64,000 nt of DNA from an uncultured Facklamia sp. (lineage in GTDB: Bacteria; Bacillota; Bacilli; Lactobacillales; Aerococcaceae): positions 108,944 through 172,943 of the forward strand of contig CAYYGA010000001.1 in NCBI GenBank assembly GCA_964471435.1. Direction: 5' to 3'. Position numbers and translations under genes: made by a program. Of the stretch, positions 29,417 through 39,104 are shown in pieces (position 1 is the stretch's first letter; each line of letters begins with the position of its first letter). The notes under the pieces are model-generated. The model did no database searches. It was not told where the DNA came from and saw only the letters and a program-made list of their open reading frames with translations.

Positions 29417-30739
29417 TTATAAGCGCCAATACATGTAATCTTGATTTTCAAAGTAGTAATGATCCAGTATACTTTTGATATCGATGATAACCCGCTCCGG
29501 GTTACTCAATTCTGTCTTAAAAAGTGCTTCAATTGCTTCATTAGATAACTGACGGAAGTCCTCATGTGCCACAGCCAGTATAACAGCATCTAAATCCGAA
29601 ACATCCTCTAATGCAGTTATTTCTACATTGTATTCTGCACGAGCTTCTTCTGCATCTGCCCAAGGATCTACAATAATAGGTTCAATACCCAAGTCACGTA
29701 AATAATACACTATGTCGGCGACTTTTGAATTTCTCGTATCCGGAGTATGTTCCTTGAAGGTGACTCCCAGAATAGCTACTTTGGCATCAATCACTTTTTT
29801 ACCGGCACGTACCAATTGTTTTATGATTTTATCACCGATAAATTCTCCCATTTTATCATTCACCTGCCGGCCCGCTAAAATTACCTGACTATGGTAGCCT
29901 AAATTTTCAGCTTCATAGACAAAATAATAAGGATCCACTCCAATACAATGACCTCCTACTAAGCCGGGTGTAAACCCTAAAGCATTCCATTTAGTATTCA
30001 TTGCATCGATAACGTCTTGAGAATCAATTCCCATGCGGTCAAACACAAGTGCCAATTCATTCATAAAAGCAATATTAATGTCGCGTTGACTATTTTCGAC
30101 TACTTTAGCAGCTTCGGCTACTTTAATATTAGGAGCCCGGTGCACGCCTGCTTCGATAATTATTTCATAAATTTTGGCAACCTCTTCTAAAGCTTCCGGT
30201 GTGGTAGCCGACACAATTTTGGTAATCTTAGTTAGAGTATTGACCTTATCTCCTGGGTTGATTCGCTCTGGAGAGTATCCCACCCAAAAATCTACTCCAT
30301 GAGTTAAACCAGATGTTTGTTCTAACACAGAAATACAGACATCCTCTGTTACACCCGGATAAACGGTCGACTCATAAATCACTAGACTGCCTTTAGCTAA
30401 ATTTCGACCGATTGTTTCAGTCGCTGATATAACAGGGTCTAAGTTTGGTGTTTTATCTACTTTTATCGGGGTAGGAACTGCTACTACAATAACCCGGGCT
30501 TCCTTTATTTTATCAGGGTCTGCTGTAAATTCCAGGGTTGTATTCTTTACCGCTTCATCTCCAACTTCCAAGGTAGGGTCGCAGCCTTGTAGATATTGGT
30601 TTATTTTTTCCTCGTTATTATCATACCCAATGGTTTTAATATGTTTAGCAAACTCAATCGCAATCGGCATACCTACATACCCTAAACCGATCACTGCTAA
30701 TTTTGTTTCCTGATTTATTAATGGTTGAATTATATTCAT
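29417..30739 (-). CDS. Nucleotide-sugar dehydrogenase (UDP-N-acetylhexosamine 6-dehydrogenase, TviB/WbpO-like)
   Basis: 440 aa. N-terminal Rossmann VIGLGYVGMP and catalytic-Cys region GLVGGHCIGVDPYY. Confidence 0.75.
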   Translation of the reverse strand: MNIIQPLINQETKLAVIGLGYVGMPIAIEFAKHIKTIGYDNNEEKINQYLQGCDPTLEVGDEAVKNTTLEFTADPDKIKEARVIVVAVPTPIKVDKTPNLDPVISATETIGRNLAKGSLVIYESTVYPGVTEDVCISVLEQTSGLTHGVDFWVGYSPERINPGDKVNTLTKITKIVSATTPEALEEVAKIYEIIIEAGVHRAPNIKVAEAAKVVENSQRDINIAFMNELALVFDRMGIDSQDVIDAMNTKWNALGFTPGLVGGHCIGVDPYYFVYEAENLGYHSQVILAGRQVNDKMGEFIGDKIIKQLVRAGKKVIDAKVAILGVTFKEHTPDTRNSKVADIVYYLRDLGIEPIIVDPWADAEEARAEYNVEITALEDVSDLDAVILAVAHEDFRQLSNEAIEALFKTELSNPERVIIDIKSILDHYYFENQDYMYWRL

Positions 30740-30879
30740 ATTTTGAACTCCTATATTCTTGTTTAATTACTCACAATATTATATCAGAAATTAATGAAAC
30801 GTAATAGTCGCTTTCCTTATCTTTACTCATCTCCCTTTTATAAGCCGGGCTGTCTATGCTGTATTAATGTAAATTCTTA

Positions 30880-30916
30880 TAAAAAAATAAACAGCTCTAA
30901 TTTTTAGAGCTGTTTA
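30880..30916 (-). terminator. Rho-independent terminator of the phn transporter operon
   Basis: AAACAGCTCTA (30889-30899) pairs with TAGAGCTGTTT (30905-30915). On the minus strand it is followed by ATTTTTTT. Confidence 0.75.
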
Positions 30917-30990
30917 ATATTCAGTAATTGATTGTTCAAGTGATTCGATTATAAAGACTAAAAAGTTGTGCTTATCCTAAAATGGCTGAC

Positions 30991-32619
30991 TTATCTAATA
31001 CCTTGTTCTACTTTAATATAAGACTTAAATCCATCTGTAATGGTGTCTGCCATAAAAACTATAATCAAATAGCAAATCATATAAAGTGTAATTTCTGAAT
31101 ATTTAAAGAAGCTCATAGCCAACCGCATAGCTACACCCAGGCCACCGGCACCAACTAATCCAACAACGATTGTTGAACGTATAATGACTTCCCAGCGGTA
31201 TAATACATAGTTGAGTAGTTTAATCATAATTTCCGGCATAATCCCATACAACAACAGCTGAGAACGGCTGGCTCCAGTAGTGGCAATGTTTCTTACTGAT
31301 CTTTCATCAAATTCTTCAATTACTTCACTACATAACTTTCCCAATACTCCTATATTATGGACACCTAGAGCTAATGCTCCTGGAAAAATACCCGGTTTGA
31401 AAATAAAAACAAATATTAAAGCCCATAATAATTCTGGTAAAGCTCTGGTTACTAAAAGAATAAAACGCGATACGTAGAAGAGTATACTTGACACTAGTGG
31501 ATTAGTTTTTAATAAGCGACCATCCTTAAAATTTCTAGCAGCTGGAAGCATAAATGGCAGACTGCCAATTACTGCAATTCCAATCGCTATAATACTCATA
31601 ATAACTGTATCTACTGTCAACTTCAGCGCATTAGTCCATAAGTCTCCATTTAAATATGCAGGAGTGGTATCATTTACACCCAATAAACCTGCAATAAATC
31701 TCGACAAGTAGTCGGCATTTCGACTGGAAAAAATAGAGGAAACTTCAGCCCCATCCACGGCAAAAATAAATACCCAGGCAGCAATTGATAAGGCAGTCAG
31801 CAATACAATCGAAAATTTAGTTTGATTAGTATTATCTTTATTGAGGTGTGCTCTGAATCTATTGCCCCAAATATCGACTAGTAAAACCAATCCAATTAAA
31901 AAATAGATGTAAATCCACATCAAAGAAAAATTCATGTCGTTCATAGCCAGCTGTATTTGAAAACCTAAACCGCCCAAGCCCACAAATGATAATACTGAAC
32001 TACTTCTAATCGCACACTCTAATCGGTAGAGGGTATAACTGACCATCTCATTAAGTGCTTCAGGTAAATAGACGTATATTAACAACTGCCATCTATTCGC
32101 GCCGGTGGTTTCAACTGTCTCAATGATGGGTTGCGAGACTTCCATGAGTAAATCCGCATATACTTTACCCAATGCCCCCGCGTAAGGTATGGCTACAGCA
32201 AAAACAGCCCCTAAGGGATTTAATCCAATCGCTGCAACAAACAGCCAAGCCCATACTAATTCATGGATAGCTCTTAAAAACCCTAGAATTCCTCTTGCAG
32301 CTCTCATTAGAAGTCGGTTGGGATAGATAATTCCTGATGCAATGATAGCAAATACAAAACCAACAACCACACTAATTGAAACAGAAATCAAAGCATAAAC
32401 AAAGGTCTGCCAACTAGCTTTAAGTCCAGTTTCCAGTATGGAAAGTGAAAAGTCAGGGTTAACTAAGGCCTCGCTCATTTGTTTAATAATGGCAAAACCA
32501 CCGCCATGAATAACACCTTCCTGCCAATCTATCGCTAATAAAGACAGTAAAAACACAACTAATAAAAAAATACTAAGTGCCGCTCGGTTATCTAATCTTT
32601 TAGCTGTCACTTTGATCAC
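30991..32619 (-). CDS. phnE: Phosphonate ABC transporter permease, fused double PhnE
   Basis: 542 aa containing two PhnE-like modules. Each has an EAA-type loop (ETTGANRWQLLIYVYLPE and ATTGASRSQLLLYGIMPE). Confidence 0.8.
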   Translation of the reverse strand: MIKVTAKRLDNRAALSIFLLVVFLLSLLAIDWQEGVIHGGGFAIIKQMSEALVNPDFSLSILETGLKASWQTFVYALISVSISVVVGFVFAIIASGIIYPNRLLMRAARGILGFLRAIHELVWAWLFVAAIGLNPLGAVFAVAIPYAGALGKVYADLLMEVSQPIIETVETTGANRWQLLIYVYLPEALNEMVSYTLYRLECAIRSSSVLSFVGLGGLGFQIQLAMNDMNFSLMWIYIYFLIGLVLLVDIWGNRFRAHLNKDNTNQTKFSIVLLTALSIAAWVFIFAVDGAEVSSIFSSRNADYLSRFIAGLLGVNDTTPAYLNGDLWTNALKLTVDTVIMSIIAIGIAVIGSLPFMLPAARNFKDGRLLKTNPLVSSILFYVSRFILLVTRALPELLWALIFVFIFKPGIFPGALALGVHNIGVLGKLCSEVIEEFDERSVRNIATTGASRSQLLLYGIMPEIMIKLLNYVLYRWEVIIRSTIVVGLVGAGGLGVAMRLAMSFFKYSEITLYMICYLIIVFMADTITDGFKSYIKVEQGIR

Positions 32620-33355
32620 CGCTTAAGTCATATAATGCTTCATATTGTTCATTGGTAATTTCATTTGTCCTTTGATTGATGACCACTCTGCCATCGCGGA
32701 TTCCAATTACACGCGTAAAGTATTCCTTGACCAAATCCACTGAATGGACACTGGCTATTAAAGTGTGATGATGTGTTTTCGATAAATCAATCAGTAAACG
32801 GATTACTTCATGAGCCCGTGATGGATCCAAAGAAGATACAGGTTCATCAGCCAGAATAATTTGAGGATTTTGAACTAACACCCTAGCAATAGCAACTCTT
32901 TGCTGCTCTCCTCCTGACAAGGTACCTGCTTTTTGACCCGCTTTATGTTCAATTCCCACCGAAGCTAAAGTTTCTAATGCTCTCTTCTTATCCACTGGAG
33001 CTATTAAGCTCTTGAGTGACTGCCAAAAGCCCCACTCATTTAAACGGCCCATCAAGGTATTATTTAATACAGATAGTGAGTTGACCAAGTGATAATTTTG
33101 AGGAATTAAACCAACATAATGAGCATAGTCTTTATTAGACTTGAATTCATTTAGTCTTTTATTATCAACAAACACTTCCCCTGTATCCAGAGGAAGTGTT
33201 TGAGCAATAATATTCATAATTGTTGATTTACCTGAGCCACTTGGACCTATTATTGCCACCTGTTCATTTTTAAAAACATCGAACGAGATATCCTGAAGTA
33301 CCGGAGATGAAGAAAAAGACTTCGATACCTGGTTTAAACGTAAAATAGGTTCCAT
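32600..33355 (-). CDS. phnC: Phosphonate ABC transporter ATP-binding protein
   Basis: Walker A GPSGSGKST, signature LSGGEQQR, Walker B ILADEP. The ATG at 33355 has AAGGA 9 nt upstream. The ORF-track TTG start (33364) abuts the RBS. Confidence 0.85.
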   Translation of the reverse strand: MEPILRLNQVSKSFSSSPVLQDISFDVFKNEQVAIIGPSGSGKSTIMNIIAQTLPLDTGEVFVDNKRLNEFKSNKDYAHYVGLIPQNYHLVNSLSVLNNTLMGRLNEWGFWQSLKSLIAPVDKKRALETLASVGIEHKAGQKAGTLSGGEQQRVAIARVLVQNPQIILADEPVSSLDPSRAHEVIRLLIDLSKTHHHTLIASVHSVDLVKEYFTRVIGIRDGRVVINQRTNEITNEQYEALYDLSGDQSDS

Positions 33356-33367
33356 AAGTTTCAATCC

Positions 33368-34249
33368 TTAATTTATAATACCGACTTCAGTTGCAACTTG
33401 ACGAATAATTTCATAATTTTCGTTTTCAGTTTCAATGAATTCTTCAGCAGATAACAACTCCATCATAATAGTATCTTCAGGAGTAGTGTTCAATAAAATT
33501 TCTTGAATTTTTTCGATAGTACCTTCTCCAAATACTTCATCGACATTCGCATTGGCTGTCCAGTTATAGTCATAGAACTCCGGGCTGCGGTAAAATTCTA
33601 CTACTAAATCTGTATCTACCGTTCCTTCTTCTACAGCACGATCCCAATATTGATAGTTTAAAGCTCCTGCTTCAAACGCACCGGACTGTACTAAATTATA
33701 AGTTTGATCATGCGAACCAGAATAATTAGCTGCACCATCAAAGTCTTCATCAGGATTAATCCCTGCTTCTTGTAAGAAGTAACGCGGCATCACATGGCCA
33801 GATGTTGAACTTTCAGAACCGAAAGTAAAGGTATAATCGGCTAAATCTTCCAACTCTTCAATTTCATCTAAATCAGCCTGTTTAATAAATACTGTTTGAA
33901 ACTCAGCATCTGCTGGCCGTTGAGCTAAAGCCTGTGCTTCAGGAACTTGAGAACTTGCCTGAACAAAGGTTAGTCCGCCAAACCATGCGAGATGTATTTC
34001 ACCTCTGGAGAAAGCTGTAACTAAAGCTGCATAGTCGACTGAAGGCACAAATTCTACTTCAATCCCTAATTCACCACCTAAATATTCGGCAAAGTCTCCA
34101 AAAGCTTCTTCCATTTGTGACTGATCATAGTCAGGAATCGCTCCAATTTTTAATACTTCACCTTCTTGTGCAGTAGCGGTATTCGGTGTAACTACTAAGA
34201 ATGACAACAACATCATCATCGACATAAAAATAGTAACTAATTTTTTCAA
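33368..34249 (-). CDS. phnD: Phosphate/phosphite/phosphonate ABC transporter substrate-binding protein
   Basis: 293 aa. Signal peptide ending ATA-QE with no lipobox Cys. PhnD-like pattern and operon position upstream of phnC-phnE. Confidence 0.7.
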   Translation of the reverse strand: MKKLVTIFMSMMMLLSFLVVTPNTATAQEGEVLKIGAIPDYDQSQMEEAFGDFAEYLGGELGIEVEFVPSVDYAALVTAFSRGEIHLAWFGGLTFVQASSQVPEAQALAQRPADAEFQTVFIKQADLDEIEELEDLADYTFTFGSESSTSGHVMPRYFLQEAGINPDEDFDGAANYSGSHDQTYNLVQSGAFEAGALNYQYWDRAVEEGTVDTDLVVEFYRSPEFYDYNWTANANVDEVFGEGTIEKIQEILLNTTPEDTIMMELLSAEEFIETENENYEIIRQVATEVGIIN

Positions 34250-34371
34250 AATACTATCACCCTTTCTTTAGTTATAAAAATAGCATAAAGAAATAGGGAG
34301 TACTATTAAGAACTCTTTTTTACTAATGAGGATTTTAAATAAATTTCAGACTTATATAAAAGATTATTATA

Positions 34372-35142
34372 TTACAGTCTTCTTTTAACTGCTTGAAACA
34401 CATAATGACTGAAAAAATAAATACTTTTAATAAGAGGTAACTTTTCTAAATGGCGGTAAGTATGCCATGTACGCTTTAATGCTCCAACACGGTCACTCGA
34501 AATTGAGCCTTCTACCTGACGGTAATAATTGAGAACTTTATCCAGCCCATGAGCCGAGAGTCCTTCATTTTCCCGTAAGAGCTTCAACCAAGTAGCCGTA
34601 TCCTGCCCCTTTCTTACCAGTGGCATTCGGAAATCCCCCACAGTTTCCCGGTCAATCATTACGGTGGAGCAGGCGATAGCTGTATTTTTTAAGAGGGCAT
34701 AATAATCCAACTCCAAAGGTAGATTAATATTCTCTTTAATAATATCTCCTTCTTCATCAATTGAAGCAAAGTTAGTATAAGTAAATTCGTAATGATTTTT
34801 TATCATAAACTCTAACTGTTCTGCCAACTTATACTTATCCCAATAATCATCACTATCGACAAAAGCTATATAACGTCCTCTTGCTGCTTCTAGTCCTTTA
34901 TTGCGGGCTACTGCCGCCCCGCTGTTTTCTTTTAGAGAAATTAGTTTTATGCGTGAATCCTGGGTTTGAACTGCTTGAATAATCGCTGTACTTTCATCTT
35001 GACTGGCATCATCCACTAACAACCATTCCCAATGAGGGTAGCTTTGACTTCTTACCGCTTCAATCGTCTGTGTTAGAAATGGAGCAGCATTATAAACAGG
35101 TGTTACAATGGATATTAACTTATCTTCATAATTTTTTTTCAA
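34372..35142 (-). CDS. Glycosyltransferase family 2
   Basis: 256 aa. ISIVTPVYNAAPFL and DDASQDES, plus DSDD (the DxD motif). Confidence 0.8.
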   Translation of the reverse strand: MKKNYEDKLISIVTPVYNAAPFLTQTIEAVRSQSYPHWEWLLVDDASQDESTAIIQAVQTQDSRIKLISLKENSGAAVARNKGLEAARGRYIAFVDSDDYWDKYKLAEQLEFMIKNHYEFTYTNFASIDEEGDIIKENINLPLELDYYALLKNTAIACSTVMIDRETVGDFRMPLVRKGQDTATWLKLLRENEGLSAHGLDKVLNYYRQVEGSISSDRVGALKRTWHTYRHLEKLPLIKSIYFFSHYVFQAVKRRL

Positions 35143-35199
35143 AACTATCCGAGTACCTCCTTTCTTAATAAAACAGTTTAACTACTTTTAAAGTCACTA

Positions 35200-36273
35200 T
35201 TAAATCACATGCAAAATTTTTATCCGTGCTGGATAAAGTTTAGCTAACTCATACTGTTCCCGGTACCAGGACTTTAAGGTTTGATTGGAATCAATAACGA
35301 TGACTATTTCTTCTGGCTGATCTACTGCCCCTTGATAATCCGCTAGTTGAGCAGTTGTAATATCCAACAATTCTTTTTCATCCTTATTGATAAATTCTAC
35401 TTCATCTGAACTTACTCCCTGTCTGACAATTAGACGGCGAATGTTGGCAGGTGTGTGAATTAGCTGTTCTATATTATTTTTATGAGTCTCATCCGTACGT
35501 TTAACCAATAAGTGGTGATCATTAAAATCCCAGCTGTAGTCAAAGGCATAATGAATTGTTTTTCTTGCCAAATGAAATAAAAAGCTCAAACCGGCTGTTA
35601 ATAAAACACCCAAAATTATTCCCAATATCCCATAGAGAATAGTTCCACGAGTATTCAAGGTATCATAAGGAGTAAGCGTTTCTTCCGTTGGTATTTCATC
35701 CACCAGATCCGGAACTACCAGCTCTCCTTGAACAGGTTCTTGAATAATCGTTACTGTATTTGTTCCTAAAAATGGAATCGATTCTTCTTGAAGTCTTTCA
35801 GCATAAACCTGTGCTAAAAGTAAATTATCTTCAGCTGATTCTGCCAATAAAAATCTCAGCGTAATAATATTAGACGTGCTGTCTCGAACAGCAGCTAAAC
35901 CACCCCGAAACTGAGGTGTCCGGTACATTTCAAGTTCTTCTTCAGCAAGAAGAGTTTTCGAAAATTCAATCTCAGTTTGGTTTTCAACCTCTTCTACTAC
36001 TGCGGGTGTTGCAAAATATTCATCAAATAAATTGGCCGTTGAAAAGATACTGCCGTCCTCCATGGTTACCACCATTTGGAAAGAGGCGGGTTCTTGTTGA
36101 TAAACATGAGTTAAATGGTCATAAGCTTCTAAATTATCACTGTATAAAAATCTGTGAATAAAAAAGCGGCCCGTCATTGCTAAAAGAGAAACTATAATCG
36201 CCCCAAATAACAAGCGCCATTTATAATCTTTTATAAAACGCCAAGCTTCACTTATTAAAGTTACTATACTCAT
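35200..36273 (-). CDS. Wzz/PCP-like two-TM membrane protein with a Walker-less C-terminal cytoplasmic domain
   Basis: 357 aa. TM1 at about aa 20-40, a roughly 175-aa external loop, TM2 at about aa 213-235, then a roughly 120-aa soluble tail with no GxxGxGK(S/T). It sits between wzy and GT2. The family call is topological and contextual. Confidence 0.4.
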   Translation of the reverse strand: MSIVTLISEAWRFIKDYKWRLLFGAIIVSLLAMTGRFFIHRFLYSDNLEAYDHLTHVYQQEPASFQMVVTMEDGSIFSTANLFDEYFATPAVVEEVENQTEIEFSKTLLAEEELEMYRTPQFRGGLAAVRDSTSNIITLRFLLAESAEDNLLLAQVYAERLQEESIPFLGTNTVTIIQEPVQGELVVPDLVDEIPTEETLTPYDTLNTRGTILYGILGIILGVLLTAGLSFLFHLARKTIHYAFDYSWDFNDHHLLVKRTDETHKNNIEQLIHTPANIRRLIVRQGVSSDEVEFINKDEKELLDITTAQLADYQGAVDQPEEIVIVIDSNQTLKSWYREQYELAKLYPARIKILHVI

Positions 36274-36277
36274 CGGC

Positions 36278-37624
36278 TCACCCCACTTTATATTTTAAAG
36301 CATAGTTCTGTTCAATATCCGCTTCATTTTTATTTAAAAAGAATTCAGCCTGTTTTTGGCTGTTTAAATCAGCCACCTTAATAAAGGCGACTATCATTGC
36401 AAAAAATACCCAATGCCATTCAATTAACATATTGTTCGCACTGGTTATACTAGCCGGAATAAAAATTAACATGAAGGCAAACAATATTTTAGCGGTATGA
36501 CTTGTAATCGTTACAGGGCTCCACTTATATAGTTGATATAAACGGCGCATCATCCCCGCATAACCCCATACATATAATAAAAAGGGAATTATTCCATTGC
36601 TTACTAAGATTTCCAGCCACCAATTATGCATATTTGTAATTTCGTTTGTAGGCCAAAAGCCAAATTCTGCCGCCCAATATTCAATATTACCTGACCCTAC
36701 TCCAAAACCAAAGGTTCGTCCTAAAAACAAGAGGCCGTTTCGCCAGATATTCATTCTTTTAGTATCACCGGATAATTCTGCCCTCACTCCGCCGAAATAA
36801 AAAATGGATTCCAGTACATTACGGAAGGATGGTAGAAAAACCAATGCTAAAAGAAAGGTACTGACTCCGGTCAGAAATATAATTCCCCACTGATGACTTG
36901 AAAAATCCCACTTCACTTTTTGAAGCATTAGAAACACAAGTAATAGTATTAAACACAATAGAGCCATACGCGATCCACTTTGATAAATTAAGAAAGCACC
37001 GGCTGTAAAAGAAAGCAGCATCATCAGCTTCAACCAGTTTTTTCGATTCACTCTATATAAAATCAAGCAGACGGCCAAATAAGCTAACAACATGGAAGCA
37101 TAGTCATTTTGATTGGTAAAAGTTGTGATCGGTATCCGCGTCCATGGCTGTCTGGAAAAGGTGTTATATTTGTCAAGCTTCGCTATATCCGCAAAAAAAT
37201 AAGTGTTAGTAATTATCTCAAAATAACCCCAAATGACTAAGCCTGTCATCATCACCCACATCCCTTTTAATAGGCATAGCCATCGGGTACTTGAATCAAC
37301 CCATAAGTATAAGGCCAGGATACAAAGGATGCCAACAGTCATTAAAAAACTCACTTGGAACCACGAATTAAAGTCTACAGCCCATAAGCCCGTGATTAAT
37401 CCGATTGCCCACCAACTTAAGAAAACCAGCAGCATGCGGGTACTCCAACTATTAATGATTAACTTTAATTGGGAATTCTTCAAGTAGAGTTGAATCGCCA
37501 AAATCGGCATTACCCCTAAAGCTAATAAACGGTAAAGTGTTATCTGTGCAAGCGGTGTAGGAATAGCTAAAATTTCAGTCCCTAGAAAAACACTCATAAT
37601 TAGTATCAGCAGATAGATAAACAT
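36278..37624 (-). CDS. O-antigen ligase/polymerase family membrane protein (Wzy-like)
   Basis: 448 aa, at least 10 TMs, with a large loop before the HNWWLEILVSNGIIPF motif typical of Wzy_C proteins. Confidence 0.6.
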   Translation of the reverse strand: MFIYLLILIMSVFLGTEILAIPTPLAQITLYRLLALGVMPILAIQLYLKNSQLKLIINSWSTRMLLVFLSWWAIGLITGLWAVDFNSWFQVSFLMTVGILCILALYLWVDSSTRWLCLLKGMWVMMTGLVIWGYFEIITNTYFFADIAKLDKYNTFSRQPWTRIPITTFTNQNDYASMLLAYLAVCLILYRVNRKNWLKLMMLLSFTAGAFLIYQSGSRMALLCLILLLVFLMLQKVKWDFSSHQWGIIFLTGVSTFLLALVFLPSFRNVLESIFYFGGVRAELSGDTKRMNIWRNGLLFLGRTFGFGVGSGNIEYWAAEFGFWPTNEITNMHNWWLEILVSNGIIPFLLYVWGYAGMMRRLYQLYKWSPVTITSHTAKILFAFMLIFIPASITSANNMLIEWHWVFFAMIVAFIKVADLNSQKQAEFFLNKNEADIEQNYALKYKVG

Positions 37625-37679
37625 GCCCCGGGCTCCTTTCTGAGTGAGTACTTTTTATAGTAAAATGACTTGACTGTTT

Positions 37680-39092
37680 TTAATTAAAATTCCACTTTTC
37701 AGGTTGCTGCCAGACTGATAAAGCATCAAGCAGGGTGGGTATTTGAATAATGAAACAGATCAGTCCTAAAGCTGATGTTAACAGCAGACGGTTATTAATT
37801 GGGAATGCATTGAGAGCCGCTGTAAGTATCATGAGTGCGACCGATATTAACTGTTTTTTCTGGCTGAACGAAAAGCCTGTTCGGTGAGAAAAATAAGTCC
37901 GCGCTAAATAGAATACTACATAGGCCCCACAAGATGCTGCAGCTGCTCCTACTGCTCCATATAGAGGGGTTAACAACACATTCAATAATATACTGGGTAA
38001 TAAAGCTAAAGCAGAAACAAAAATATTAAAATAAGTTTTTCTGGAAAACACAATCCCCAATGTAGTAGTCTCAGATAAGGTGTACATAATATGGGGGAAA
38101 CTCAATAAACCTAAAATATACTGAGCCGACTCATATTCTTCGCCTAAAATCATTATAATCACCGGCCTGAAAACTAAAATCATAAAGAACATTGCACTTA
38201 AAATAAATAAAACAGCATCTGAAATAAATTTAAAATGTTTAATGGATTTATCTTCATCATGCCACCGGTAAGCAGTGGGAGTCCAGAAGGTTGCAAAAGC
38301 TGTACGAATAATACCGATAATATTCACGATATTTAAACCGGCCCCGTAAATCCCTAATTGCGTGGCCGTGGAAAATTGCCTCAGCATGATATTATCGATT
38401 GTATTTAACAAGGAAGTTAAACTCATAGCGAGCATTAAAGGCAGGCCAAATTGTAAGAGGAGCTTAATTAAAGCTGGATCTAATTGGAATCCGCTCCAAT
38501 TAATTAACTGACGATAACGTAGGAACAAGAGAGTGTCACCTATCAAATGTCCTAGAATCAAACCAAAAACAATAACTCTGAAATCCCGCATTCCCAGAAA
38601 CACCAAAGCCAAGGATGTAATAAAAATACTCAATTTTAAGAAAATAGTGAAAATGGAATATTCCTTTGCTTTTTCTTCCATTCGAATGGAGAGCATGATA
38701 AAACGCTCTAAAATCAATGCCAGAAGTAAAAAACCACTGAAGAAAATAATGTAACCATATTCGGCTGAACCAAAAACAAACCGTGAAAGAGATGACCTAA
38801 AAGTCATCATCACTATAAACATTACACCACCGGCTATCAAAGGCAGCACAGTTGCCTGCTGGAAAAGATATTTTTTATTTTTTATAAAATAATATTCCCT
38901 TGAAAAAGCTTGATCCATACCTATATAAAGAAAGGTGGGCAGATTCAGCATCAAGTTACGGTACAGGTTAGAAAATCCATATTGATCGGGCGCGATTAAG
39001 CGCGTTAAAATAGGAACTTGTATGATGGATATTAAAGCTCCAATGATGGAACCGATACTAAATCCTGTGAGTCTTTTTAGAAAATGCTTCAT
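37680..39092 (-). CDS. Oligosaccharide flippase (Wzx, MOP superfamily)
   Basis: 470 aa, 12-14 TMs. N-terminal GSIIGALISIIQVPILTRLIAPDQYG is typical of polysaccharide biosynthesis (PST) flippases. Confidence 0.7.
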   Translation of the reverse strand: MKHFLKRLTGFSIGSIIGALISIIQVPILTRLIAPDQYGFSNLYRNLMLNLPTFLYIGMDQAFSREYYFIKNKKYLFQQATVLPLIAGGVMFIVMMTFRSSLSRFVFGSAEYGYIIFFSGFLLLALILERFIMLSIRMEEKAKEYSIFTIFLKLSIFITSLALVFLGMRDFRVIVFGLILGHLIGDTLLFLRYRQLINWSGFQLDPALIKLLLQFGLPLMLAMSLTSLLNTIDNIMLRQFSTATQLGIYGAGLNIVNIIGIIRTAFATFWTPTAYRWHDEDKSIKHFKFISDAVLFILSAMFFMILVFRPVIIMILGEEYESAQYILGLLSFPHIMYTLSETTTLGIVFSRKTYFNIFVSALALLPSILLNVLLTPLYGAVGAAAASCGAYVVFYLARTYFSHRTGFSFSQKKQLISVALMILTAALNAFPINNRLLLTSALGLICFIIQIPTLLDALSVWQQPEKWNFN

Positions 39093-39104
39093 TAAAATAC
39101 GTCC

